DNA of 61,248 nucleotides, filler included. It is 5 parts of 5 records of this genome, joined end to end, with 100 filler letters (N's around TTAATTAATTAA, not from the genome) between each part and the next. Parts side by side here need not be neighbours in the genome. Positions count along the whole stretch, not along the records: positions 1 to 25,872 come from SRR31156797_14609; 4 more parts are not named here. One strand, 5' to 3'. Shown in pieces: positions 1-8,289 of this stretch. Each line of letters begins with the position of its first letter. Position 1 is the stretch's first letter. Under the pieces are notes generated by a model that was given only the letters and a program-made list of their open reading frames with translations, was not told the DNA's origin and did no database searches. The position numbers and the translations under genes were made by a program.

Positions 1-168
1 TTCTGGGGCCCCTTCTGCTGCTGGATCGTACTCGGCGTTGCTATGGGCATGGAAGGCTGGGCTATGCCTCCCATCGCATGGGCAGCAGCTGTAATTATGG
101 TAATCGGTATCTTCATCATCTCCATGAACCCCATGGATCTGTTCAAGAACAACGAGGAGGCAGCATAA
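1..168 (+). CDS. C-terminal end of a membrane protein, probably DMT/EamA-type transporter (5' truncated)
   Basis: Frame 1 open from the window start: FWGPFCCWIVLGVAMG...AAAVIMVIGIFIISMNP..., hydrophobic; TAATG overlap with the next gene. Confidence 0.6.
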   Translation, partial: FWGPFCCWIVLGVAMGMEGWAMPPIAWAAAVIMVIGIFIISMNPMDLFKNNEEAA

Positions 169-434
169 TGATCCCCCTTAACTACGCTATCCTGAAGCAC
201 TTCACCAAAGTAGAAGAAGCTTGCGCTGACTGCGTCATGGACGCACTCAAAGATCAGTACGGAACCTTCAAGGCTTTTAAAAAGCCCGCAGTCATCAACG
301 CACTGATGACCGCCGAAGCAAACGGCCTCATTGAAGAAGCCCGCTTCGACCTCGACTCCAATCAGGAACTGCGCGTTTACTACCGCGCTCACGCTGAAGG
401 AGCCGAAACAATTAATAATTATATCAAAGGTTAA
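168..434 (+). CDS. Small hypothetical protein (MIPLNYAILKHF...), possibly winged-helix
   Basis: GAGGAGG RBS and translational coupling put the start at 168 rather than 78. Confidence 0.7.
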   Translation: MIPLNYAILKHFTKVEEACADCVMDALKDQYGTFKAFKKPAVINALMTAEANGLIEEARFDLDSNQELRVYYRAHAEGAETINNYIKG

Positions 435-457
435 TAACCGATACCTCACCGAAGCAA

Positions 458-491
458 GGGGAGCTGTCTCGCAAGAGACGCTCCCCGCTTT
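458..491 (+). terminator. Stem-loop, probable terminator
   Basis: GGGGAGC-T-GTCTC-GCAA-GAGAC-GCTCCCC with a short T tail. Confidence 0.55.
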
Positions 492-581
492 CATATAAAG
501 AGGAGCGTACAGAGGCGCACGTAAAGATAGAGTTGAAAAAAAATTCGAAATACCGGACCATAAGAACTGGAGGAGATACCA

Positions 582-1433
582 GTGAAGTACAAGGAACGCT
601 ATTTCATAGGGGACATGAGCAAGATCTGTAACATCTCCAAAAAAGCACTTCGTTATTATGACCAGATCAATCTTATCCCCTCTCAGCGACACGATTACAA
701 CAACTATAGGTATTACACCCGGGAGTCCCTGCTATCAGTCCCGGTTATCAAATACTACAAACAGATGGGTTTCACCCTTGAAGAGATGAAAGAGTTCATC
801 GAGGGTAGCGCGCAACACATATTCAAATCCATCCAGCATTCGTTCCGGGCAAAGATCAGGGAGCTTGAGGACGAGCAGGAAAAAATTCGCCGCAGACACG
901 TATCGGTCAAAGACTGGTACGAACTGGTCCGCGAAGCGGAAATGGTCATTGACAACAATATTAACGTAGTCTCAATTAAATACATTGAGAGCGATGACCT
1001 GCTCTTTCATAACCAGAGATTTGAAAACGACCTGCAATGGTCAATCATCAACCTTGAATTCACCCAGCACGTAGAAGATGTAAATAACGCGATCACCGGA
1101 CCGGTTATCATCAACTACTCTTCCCGCAAGGACCGTGTCGAAGGGGTGGATCAGGACGTCACGATACTGCAGAAAACAGTAATCCCCTGCAGCGAAGAAA
1201 ATATATATGAATTTGGAGGAGACATGATGCTCTCCTGCTATCATATAGGTGCCCACGAAGACATCCACAAAACATACATGAAGATGGAACGCTGGGCAGC
1301 CAACAACGGGTACATACTGGGTAAAGAATCGTTTGAACGCTATGTCACCGATTACTGGACCACCAGTAACAGTGATAAATTCGTAACCGAAATACTGATT
1401 AAATGCTCGCGGCACGGCGATCAGAATGATTAG
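582..1433 (+). CDS. MerR-family regulator with C-terminal GyrI-like effector domain
   Basis: IGDMSKICNISKKALRYYD HTH; C-terminal HIGAHEDIHKTY...ERYVTDYW. Confidence 0.9.
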   Translation: MKYKERYFIGDMSKICNISKKALRYYDQINLIPSQRHDYNNYRYYTRESLLSVPVIKYYKQMGFTLEEMKEFIEGSAQHIFKSIQHSFRAKIRELEDEQEKIRRRHVSVKDWYELVREAEMVIDNNINVVSIKYIESDDLLFHNQRFENDLQWSIINLEFTQHVEDVNNAITGPVIINYSSRKDRVEGVDQDVTILQKTVIPCSEENIYEFGGDMMLSCYHIGAHEDIHKTYMKMERWAANNGYILGKESFERYVTDYWTTSNSDKFVTEILIKCSRHGDQND

Positions 1434-1461
1434 TTCCGCAACTCAATACGCTTTTAATATC

Positions 1462-1493
1462 AGCCCGCTTCCTGCTCGAAGCGGGCTTTTTTT
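1462..1493 (+). terminator. Rho-independent terminator
   Basis: AGCCCGCTTC-ctgctc-GAAGCGGGCT followed by a T run. Confidence 0.85.
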
Positions 1494-1766
1494 GTCCTGC
1501 TCAAAGCAGTACTTGCCAAACAAGAAGAGAAGCAATAAATTTGCATCTTATCAGATTGAGACCTTCACCACAGAAAAATTGACTATGCTTTTACTATCTC
1601 ACCTTATCGTTATTCCAACACATGCGGCAATATTAGTCCCCCGCCGTATCAAGACCGCAGTCTGACTAATTTATTTAAGCCGATTCCCTAGGATTATTGC
1701 GTCCTTTTATCAGAAACAGAGCATCACATGGTCTAGCGATAGACTATTCACTATTTGGAGACACCA

Positions 1767-2381
1767 ATGGATATAAATCCCTTTGAATCCCCATTTGAGG
1801 GATATGAAATTAGACAACACCTGAAGAACAAAAACATTACAGCTGGACGCCACAGCTACTACTCCGGATACTATCACGGTCACCACTTTGAAGAGAACGT
1901 CCGTTATCTGCACCCGGAACTGAATGATGTAGACAAGCTCATTATCGGTAAATTCTGCTCCATAGGTTCTGGGGCAACCTTCATCATGGCAGGAAACCAA
2001 GGCCATCGGCACGATTGGGCGAGCACCTATCCATTCCATTATATGGCCGAATTCAACCATGCAAAAGATGGCTTTCTCCGTAAGGGTAACACTGAAATCG
2101 GCAACGACGTATGGATTGGAACCGAAGCCATGATTATGCCGGGAGTAACTATCGGTCACGGAGCCATTATTGCTGCTCGTGCAGTTGTAACTAAAGACGT
2201 CAATCCTTATGAAATCGTAGGAGGAAACTCCGCTAAAGCTCTTCGCAAACGTTTTTCAGAAGATGAAATACGCATGCTTTTAAAACTGGCATGGTGGGAT
2301 TGGACAGATGAAAAAATCAAGCGCAACATAACTATGCTCACTGACGGCAATATAAGCCGACTGTATACTGAACACATTTAA
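1767..2381 (+). CDS. catB: CatB/Vat-type hexapeptide-repeat O-acetyltransferase (type B chloramphenicol acetyltransferase-like)
   Basis: [39 protein letters not shown]...[22 protein letters not shown] before ATG 1767. Confidence 0.85.
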   Translation: MDINPFESPFEGYEIRQHLKNKNITAGRHSYYSGYYHGHHFEENVRYLHPELNDVDKLIIGKFCSIGSGATFIMAGNQGHRHDWASTYPFHYMAEFNHAKDGFLRKGNTEIGNDVWIGTEAMIMPGVTIGHGAIIAARAVVTKDVNPYEIVGGNSAKALRKRFSEDEIRMLLKLAWWDWTDEKIKRNITMLTDGNISRLYTEHI

Positions 2382-2395
2382 AAACTAGGAAAACC

Positions 2396-3151
2396 ATGAA
2401 CAGCGTTGCAGAAGTAAAGTATACAAACTACCGCAGTTCCGTAGCAGAAGCACTGGATAAAATCGGAGCGGCCGAAGCCATAGCAGCTGAAGACAAGATC
2501 CTGCTCAAGCCTAATCTGGTCAACAGCTCGCCTCCGCCGGTAACCACCGAACCTGAATTTTGCCGTGCAGTAATTGAATATGCACAGATAGCCAATCCGA
2601 ACGCTGAAATCGTCATTGGCGAAGGGTGCGGGGATTTGAATTATGAAACAGATGAAATATTCAAAATACTCGGCTACGAACGTTTAGCTGAAGAATACAA
2701 TGTGAAGCTGCTGGACCTTAACCATGCCCAGCTTTGCGAAAAGAAAATGGACGGAGCAAAGGTATTCCCGACCATTTACCTGCCGGAGATAGCCTTCACT
2801 CATAAAATCATTTCCCTGCCCAATCTTAAAGCCCACTCGCTGGCCGGAATAACCGGGGCCATTAAAAACATGATGGGCTTTGCTCCCCCGGCCCATTACA
2901 ACGCCGGCAGCTGGAAAAAATCCTTTTTCCATCAGCAAATGCAGCAGTCTATAAAAGAGCTGAACAGGTTTATCCCACCATGGATCTCGGTGATGGACGC
3001 AAGTATAGGCTTGGCCGACTACCATCTCGGCGGTGCTCTTTGCGACCCGACCCCGGGACTGATCCTCGCCAGCTTTAATGCAGTTGACCTTGACCGCCGT
3101 GCCGCTGAAATACTCAACCTGAACTGGCGTGATATCGGGCATCTGAAATAG
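2396..3151 (+). CDS. DUF362 domain protein
   Basis: ILLKPNLV, TTEPEF, LKAHSLAGITGAIKNMMG motifs. Confidence 0.85.
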   Translation: MNSVAEVKYTNYRSSVAEALDKIGAAEAIAAEDKILLKPNLVNSSPPPVTTEPEFCRAVIEYAQIANPNAEIVIGEGCGDLNYETDEIFKILGYERLAEEYNVKLLDLNHAQLCEKKMDGAKVFPTIYLPEIAFTHKIISLPNLKAHSLAGITGAIKNMMGFAPPAHYNAGSWKKSFFHQQMQQSIKELNRFIPPWISVMDASIGLADYHLGGALCDPTPGLILASFNAVDLDRRAAEILNLNWRDIGHLK

Positions 3152-3228
3152 TTTTTTAAAGCTGAAAACGAATGAAAGAGTCCTTCGAAATTATTTTTTC
3201 GGGGACTTATTAAAATCAGCTCAAAAAT

Positions 3229-3690
3229 CTACGCTTCAAATTCCTGCTCCTGATCACGCAACTTCTGACATTCCGGGCAAAGACCAAAAAGAAGCATACG
3301 ATGATGGGTTAAAACATATCCATTTTCTCTGGCCAGAACCTCCTGCCTGCGCTCAATCCCATCATCAACCACTTCCACCTTCTTTTGGCACCTTGTGCAA
3401 ACAAGATGGTCATGGTGCTCATGTCCATAGGAATGCTCATACAGGGCAACTCCGCACCCGAAGTCCAGACCTTCAGCAAGCCCCGAATCCACAAGTAGTT
3501 TCAAGGTTCGATACACTGTAGCCTGTCCTACTTCCGGAACTCTTTTTTGCACCAAGAATAAAAGATCCTCGGCCGAAAAATGGCCTTCGGTTTCCAAAAA
3601 AGTCTCTACAATTACCTTACGCTGGGGAGTCATGCTCAATCCATTCTGCGCCAGATAATCGACAAATATTTTTGCTGCTTCACTTGTCAT
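3229..3690 (-). CDS. fur: Fur-family transcriptional repressor
   Basis: MTPQRKVI, HFSAEDL, ATVYRTLKLL, HHDHLVCTRC, CPEC; start uncertain (3690 or 3714). Confidence 0.9.
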   Translation of the reverse strand: MTSEAAKIFVDYLAQNGLSMTPQRKVIVETFLETEGHFSAEDLLFLVQKRVPEVGQATVYRTLKLLVDSGLAEGLDFGCGVALYEHSYGHEHHDHLVCTRCQKKVEVVDDGIERRQEVLARENGYVLTHHRMLLFGLCPECQKLRDQEQEFEA

Positions 3691-3693
3691 ATC

Positions 3694-3725
3694 GAAAATG
3701 AAATCCATTTTCATAACAATGTCAA
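3694..3725 (-). promoter_or_regulatory. 19-bp Fur-box-like palindrome plus TTGACA -35 upstream of fur
   Basis: GAAAATG-AAATC-CATTTTC at 3694-3712; minus-strand TTGACA at 3720-3725. Confidence 0.6.
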
Positions 3726-3810
3726 GCAATATTCAAATCCAAAAATACATACATGCTCGTTTTTAATATAGAAAATTTTCAGCTCAAAAATTACTTATTA
3801 ATAAACAAAA

Positions 3811-3830
3811 GCTATTCTCAAAATGAGAAT
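3811..3830. promoter_or_regulatory. Single copy of the activator-binding palindrome (probable autoregulatory site)
   Basis: GCTATTCTCAAAATGAGAA, identical to the left arm of the 5679-5720 repeat. Confidence 0.7.
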
Positions 3831-3863
3831 CTTGCGTTAACAGGATTCTCACGAGGAGAAAAT

Positions 3864-5615
3864 ATGCTGCTTAAGATTCAAGAACAGATCCAGTATTACG
3901 CGGAAACAATTTCAGCTATAACCGGGCTTGCGGTAGAGGTAGTGGATACGGAACTTATCCGTATTGCCGGAACCGGAGATTACTCCAAGAATATCGGCAA
4001 AAGCATTAAGAGCGCAGGTAATCTGCTGAAAACCACCCTGAAAGGCAGCACTCCGCTGTTCATTGAGAATCCCCGGCAAAACAAGATCTGCAAAGGCTGC
4101 CAGACCAAAGCCAACTGCCGGGAACTCTGCTCGGTCTGTGCGCCTATTTCAGATGGTGTCACTACTTACGGTGCTATGGAAATGATCTGCTTTTCCGCAG
4201 AAGCCCGCGAACAAATGCTTGAGCGGCGCGAAATATATATGAATTTCCTCTCCCTACTTTCCAGCAGTATTGCGGTGCGGGTACGTGAACGGCAGGAATT
4301 GCAAGACATAACCGACTTGCTGAACATCATGTCCCAAGTGGTAAACACCAACGAAAAAGGAATTCTCATCTACGATGCCAAAGGAAAGGTGGCTTACAAG
4401 AACGATCAGGCTGAGGAAATTCTGAGCAAAACAATCCCTTCTCAATTTGAGAATTTCTCCGTCACTCCCACCGGATTCACCCTTTCCGATCTGAACGAAT
4501 ACACAGTAGAACAGGAAGGTCGCCAGCAGATGATCGTTGGTAAACAGGCTGACATCGAATCCACAAACAGCCGTTTTTCTTCAGTTTTAGTATTCGACAC
4601 CATCCGTTCAGTTGTATCAAAATCCCTACAGGCAGCGACTGTCACCTTTGATAGCAGCCTTGATCATATCAAGGGGCAATCTCCGCACATTTTACAATTA
4701 AAAGAACAGATTACCGCAACCGGAGACACCAACTCATCGGTGTTGATCAGCGGCGAAAGCGGCACTGGTAAAGAACTTGTGGCCCGCGCCATCCACTCCA
4801 TCGGGGACAGGTCTGAAGAACCGTTTGTAGCTATCAACTGCGGAGCCATCCCTGACACCCTTCTTGAAAGTGAATTATTTGGATATGTTGGAGGAGCATT
4901 CACCGGAGCCTTGCGCCAAGGTCAAATCGGTAAATTCGAACTCGCTGATGGCGGGGTACTCTTTCTAGATGAGATATCCTGCATGCCTCTGTATTTACAG
5001 GTAAAACTACTGCGAGTTCTCCAAGAAAGAAAAATCACCCGCTTAGGCGGAAACCGCCCCATAGCCGTTGATATCCGCGTTATTGCCGCAAGCAATGACA
5101 ACCTCCATGAACTTATGGCCCAAAACATGTTCAGGGACGACCTCTACTATCGATTGAATGTCATTCCTATCCAAACCACTCCCCTGCGCGAACGGCTGGA
5201 TGATCTGGATCTGCTCATCCACCATTTTGTCGATAAGTACTGTGATTTATTCAGTAAAAACAAAATAAAATTGCAATCTTCAATCGTCCAGCGCATGCGT
5301 AAATATAACTGGCCGGGTAACATTCGCGAGCTTGAAAATGCTATTGAATATCTGGTGAATATGGCGACCCCGGAAGGGATCATCAATGAAGCCGGACTGC
5401 ACAGCGGCTTCTTGCAATGTAAAGATCATTTCCAGCAGGAGCAGGTTCAGATTTCACAAGGACCGGAATGTCCGATCATGTCCCTTAAGGAGCTAGAACA
5501 ACAAGCTATTTTGCGAGCTATTGAATATTACGGAGACACCACATCCGGCAAAAAACAAGCCGCCAAATCCCTTGGTATCGGACTGGCGACACTTTACCGC
5601 AAACTAGGCGACTGA
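3864..5615 (+). CDS. Sigma54-dependent activator (YgeV/RocR-like; N-terminal sensory region, AAA+, Fis HTH)
   Basis: GESGTGKE, GAFTGA, LFLDEI, WPGNIRELEN, LGIGLATLYRKL; GAGGAG RBS before ATG 3864. Confidence 0.92.
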   Translation: MLLKIQEQIQYYAETISAITGLAVEVVDTELIRIAGTGDYSKNIGKSIKSAGNLLKTTLKGSTPLFIENPRQNKICKGCQTKANCRELCSVCAPISDGVTTYGAMEMICFSAEAREQMLERREIYMNFLSLLSSSIAVRVRERQELQDITDLLNIMSQVVNTNEKGILIYDAKGKVAYKNDQAEEILSKTIPSQFENFSVTPTGFTLSDLNEYTVEQEGRQQMIVGKQADIESTNSRFSSVLVFDTIRSVVSKSLQAATVTFDSSLDHIKGQSPHILQLKEQITATGDTNSSVLISGESGTGKELVARAIHSIGDRSEEPFVAINCGAIPDTLLESELFGYVGGAFTGALRQGQIGKFELADGGVLFLDEISCMPLYLQVKLLRVLQERKITRLGGNRPIAVDIRVIAASNDNLHELMAQNMFRDDLYYRLNVIPIQTTPLRERLDDLDLLIHHFVDKYCDLFSKNKIKLQSSIVQRMRKYNWPGNIRELENAIEYLVNMATPEGIINEAGLHSGFLQCKDHFQQEQVQISQGPECPIMSLKELEQQAILRAIEYYGDTTSGKKQAAKSLGIGLATLYRKLGD

Positions 5616-5678
5616 CGCTCGTAAACATATTTACCTGATTCACCTGCTTTCACTCCTCTTCTTCCCGCTCGCCCTCAG

Positions 5679-5720
5679 CGCTATTCTCAAAATGAGAACT
5701 TTCTCATTTTGAGAATAGCG
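5679..5720. promoter_or_regulatory. Perfect 42-bp inverted repeat holding two TTCTCA-N3-TGAGAA sites; probable enhancer (UAS)
   Basis: CGCTATTCTCAAAATGAGAA-CT-TTCTCATTTTGAGAATAGCG, about 75 bp upstream of a sigma54 promoter. Confidence 0.75.
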
Positions 5721-5792
5721 TTTCAAACGCAACTTAGCCACTTAACTTCTCTATCATCCTGATTTTAAAAGCTTTATCATCGTGATAAAATT

Positions 5793-5809
5793 TTGGCACG
5801 CTCTCTGCT
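5793..5809 (+). promoter_or_regulatory. Sigma54 -24/-12 promoter
   Basis: TTGGCACGCTCTCTGCT (GG-N10-GC). Confidence 0.85.
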
Positions 5810-5863
5810 TTAGGGGAATCCAATCTGCAAGATTAAAATTTGAGGAGAAGAGGAGAATACACC

Positions 5864-7075
5864 TTGTCTAAAGTTAAGATTCAATACAACGGGAGCTTCA
5901 AGGCCCCGACAACCGGAGCAGACGTCTCCATGCTCAGCAGGGATGTTGCTGAAAAAGTGCGGAACTTCCATTCCACATTTGATGCATACAAACCTACACC
6001 GCTGGCAAAGCTCGACAACCTCGCCGACCACCTTGGACTCGGCGAAGTGCTGGTCAAAGACGAATCCTACCGCTTCGGCCTGAATGCCTTCAAAGTCCTC
6101 GGTGGTTCCTACGCTGTAGGTGAATACCTTGCCTGCAAACTAGGTAAAGATATCACCGAAGTCAGCTGTGACTACCTGAAGTCTCAGGAAGTTCGTGACG
6201 CAGTAGGCGACATCACCTTTGCCTCCACCACAGACGGTAACCATGGCCGCGGCCTGGCCTGGGCTGCCCAGCAGTTCAATCAGAAAGCGATCATTTACAT
6301 GCCCAAAGGGTCCGACCCGGTGCGCAGTGAGAATATCAAAGCCCACGGCGCAGAGTGCACCATCTCTGATCTCAACTATGATGATTGTGTACGCATGGCT
6401 TGGGACACCGCGCAGGAGAATGGATGGGTCACCGTACAGGACACCGCTTGGGATGGATATACTGAAATCCCCAACCTGATCATGCAGGGATATACCACCC
6501 TCGCCCTTGAAGCTCTTGAGCAGATGCAGGCTGAAGGTGTTGAGCGTCCCACCCACGTGATCCTTCAGGCCGGGGTCGGATGCTTTGCCGGAGCCATGCT
6601 CGGCTTCTTCATGTCCGCTTTCGGAGAGGATGCCCCTACTTTTATCCTTGTTGAACCTGAAGCAGCCAACTGTTTCTACGTTTCCGCCTGTGCCAACGAC
6701 GGCAAACCCCACACAGTGGACGGGGACCTGGCAACCCTGATGGCTGGACTTGCATGCGGCGAGCCCAACCTGACCAGCTGGGAAATGCTTCGCGATTATC
6801 CTCTGGCTTACGCTTCCTGCTCTGACGACATTGCCGCCAAAGGCATGCGCATTCTTGGCGCCCCCATCAAAGGAGACCAGCAGGTTGTTTCCGGTGAATC
6901 CGGCGCAGCAACCACCGGTTTCCTGCACTGGGTAATGCAGGATGAAGAAGGACGCGAAGCAAGGGAAAAACTTGGACTTAACCAAAGTTCGAAAGTTCTG
7001 TGCATCAGCACTGAAGGGGACACCTCCCCCCAGACCTACCGTGATGTGGTCTGGTTCGGACGGGAAAAATTATAG
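5864..7075 (+). CDS. dpaL: Diaminopropionate ammonia-lyase (PLP-dependent)
   Basis: KDESYRFGLNAFKVLGGSYA (PLP Lys), TDGNHGRG, QDTAWDGY, MAGLACGEP, STEGDT; AGGAG RBS and TTG start. Confidence 0.92.
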   Translation: MSKVKIQYNGSFKAPTTGADVSMLSRDVAEKVRNFHSTFDAYKPTPLAKLDNLADHLGLGEVLVKDESYRFGLNAFKVLGGSYAVGEYLACKLGKDITEVSCDYLKSQEVRDAVGDITFASTTDGNHGRGLAWAAQQFNQKAIIYMPKGSDPVRSENIKAHGAECTISDLNYDDCVRMAWDTAQENGWVTVQDTAWDGYTEIPNLIMQGYTTLALEALEQMQAEGVERPTHVILQAGVGCFAGAMLGFFMSAFGEDAPTFILVEPEAANCFYVSACANDGKPHTVDGDLATLMAGLACGEPNLTSWEMLRDYPLAYASCSDDIAAKGMRILGAPIKGDQQVVSGESGAATTGFLHWVMQDEEGREAREKLGLNQSSKVLCISTEGDTSPQTYRDVVWFGREKL

Positions 7076-7099
7076 TTCAGAACAACTTTTAAGGAGTAT

Positions 7100-8266
7100 A
7101 TGATGGAAATTCTCGATTTTGGTTTTACTACTGCTGAATTTGAAACAAGAACAGCACGCATGCAGAAACTCATGCGCGAAAAAGAACTCGATGCTGTTTT
7201 CCTGACCACCGAACCGAACATCCGCTACTATACCGGATATTACACCCAGTTCTGGGAAAGCCCGACTCGTCCTTGGTTTCTGGTCATTCCCCTTGAAGGT
7301 AAACCTATTGCCGTCATTCCCGGCATCGGCGCCAGCGGCATGCGGGCAACATGGATTGAAGACATCCGCACCTGGTCATCTCCCAACCCCGAAGATGACG
7401 GAATTACCCTTGTATCCGAAGTTCTCAATTCCCTGCCCAGCCGATTCGGCCGTATTGGTGCGACCCTCGGTTTGCAGTCCTACCTGCGCATGCCCACCGC
7501 CGATTACCTGACCATCACTGAAAAAGTCAGTAAGGAATTCGTCGATATAGCTGAAGATATGCACTACCTGCGCAGTGTTAAGTCCCCCGCGGAAGTTGAA
7601 AAAATCCGTCGCGCCTGCGCCATCACCAACCACGGCTTTGACATGATCCCCTCTCACGCCAGAGTAGGCCAGACCGAACGTGAAATCTGCACCCAGATGC
7701 GCATCAATATGCTTCAGGAAGGCGCTGAATTCGTTAAATACCTCATCTCCGGTTCCGGTCCCGACGGTTACGATTCCATCATCATGGGCCCCACTTCCCG
7801 CATAATTGAAGAAGGCGACGTGCTGATCATCGATGTAGGAGCAGTATACGACGGTTACTTCTCCGACTTTGACCGCAACTTTGCATTCGGCCGTTGCAGC
7901 GATGAAACCAAGCGCGCTTACGACTGCGTCTACGAAGCAACCGACGCAGGTTTCGCAGCAGCACGCCCCGGCGCAACCACCACTGATGTCTATAACGCCA
8001 TGTGGAAAATCATGGAAGCGGGAGGAGCACTGGGCAACGAAGTAGGCCGCCTCGGACACGGTCTGGGAACCCAGCTCACCGAATGGCCGTCCAACACCGC
8101 CACCGACAACACCGTTCTCGAACCGGGTATGGTTATCACCCTTGAACCCGGCATGACCTATGCCAAGGGCAAGGACATGGTTCACGAAGAAAATATCGTG
8201 ATCACCGAAGACGGCGCAGAATGGCTGACCCGCCGCGCCAGCGAACACATTATCGTCATTGATTAG
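7100..8266 (+). CDS. M24-family (creatinase-N + pita-bread) metallohydrolase
   Basis: Metal ligands present: DVGAVYDGYFSD, GHGLG, LEPG, HEEN. Confidence 0.88.
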   Translation: MMEILDFGFTTAEFETRTARMQKLMREKELDAVFLTTEPNIRYYTGYYTQFWESPTRPWFLVIPLEGKPIAVIPGIGASGMRATWIEDIRTWSSPNPEDDGITLVSEVLNSLPSRFGRIGATLGLQSYLRMPTADYLTITEKVSKEFVDIAEDMHYLRSVKSPAEVEKIRRACAITNHGFDMIPSHARVGQTEREICTQMRINMLQEGAEFVKYLISGSGPDGYDSIIMGPTSRIIEEGDVLIIDVGAVYDGYFSDFDRNFAFGRCSDETKRAYDCVYEATDAGFAAARPGATTTDVYNAMWKIMEAGGALGNEVGRLGHGLGTQLTEWPSNTATDNTVLEPGMVITLEPGMTYAKGKDMVHEENIVITEDGAEWLTRRASEHIIVID

Positions 8267-8289
8267 ATCAGAATAAGAGGGAGATTATT

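Noticed and set aside
1426-1665. 79-aa ORF after merR
   Set aside because: Runs through a clear terminator and has no recognisable features.
5679-5720. Inverted repeat as a MITE, CRISPR repeat or simple terminator
   Set aside because: No spacers, target duplication or good U-tract; a lone arm recurs at 3811, which fits a protein-binding site.
6140-8248. Long antisense ORFs (281 and 290 aa) opposite dpaL and the M24 gene; similar ones opposite rdhA, rdhC and the activase
   Set aside because: Shadow ORFs expected from biased codon usage on the coding strand; no motifs or RBS.
7100-8266. Calling the M24 protein ectoine hydrolase (EutD/DoeA), creatinase or DMSP lyase DddP
   Set aside because: It keeps a full prolidase-type metal ligand set and lacks the usual eut/doe or ddd neighbours; no specific name is supportable.
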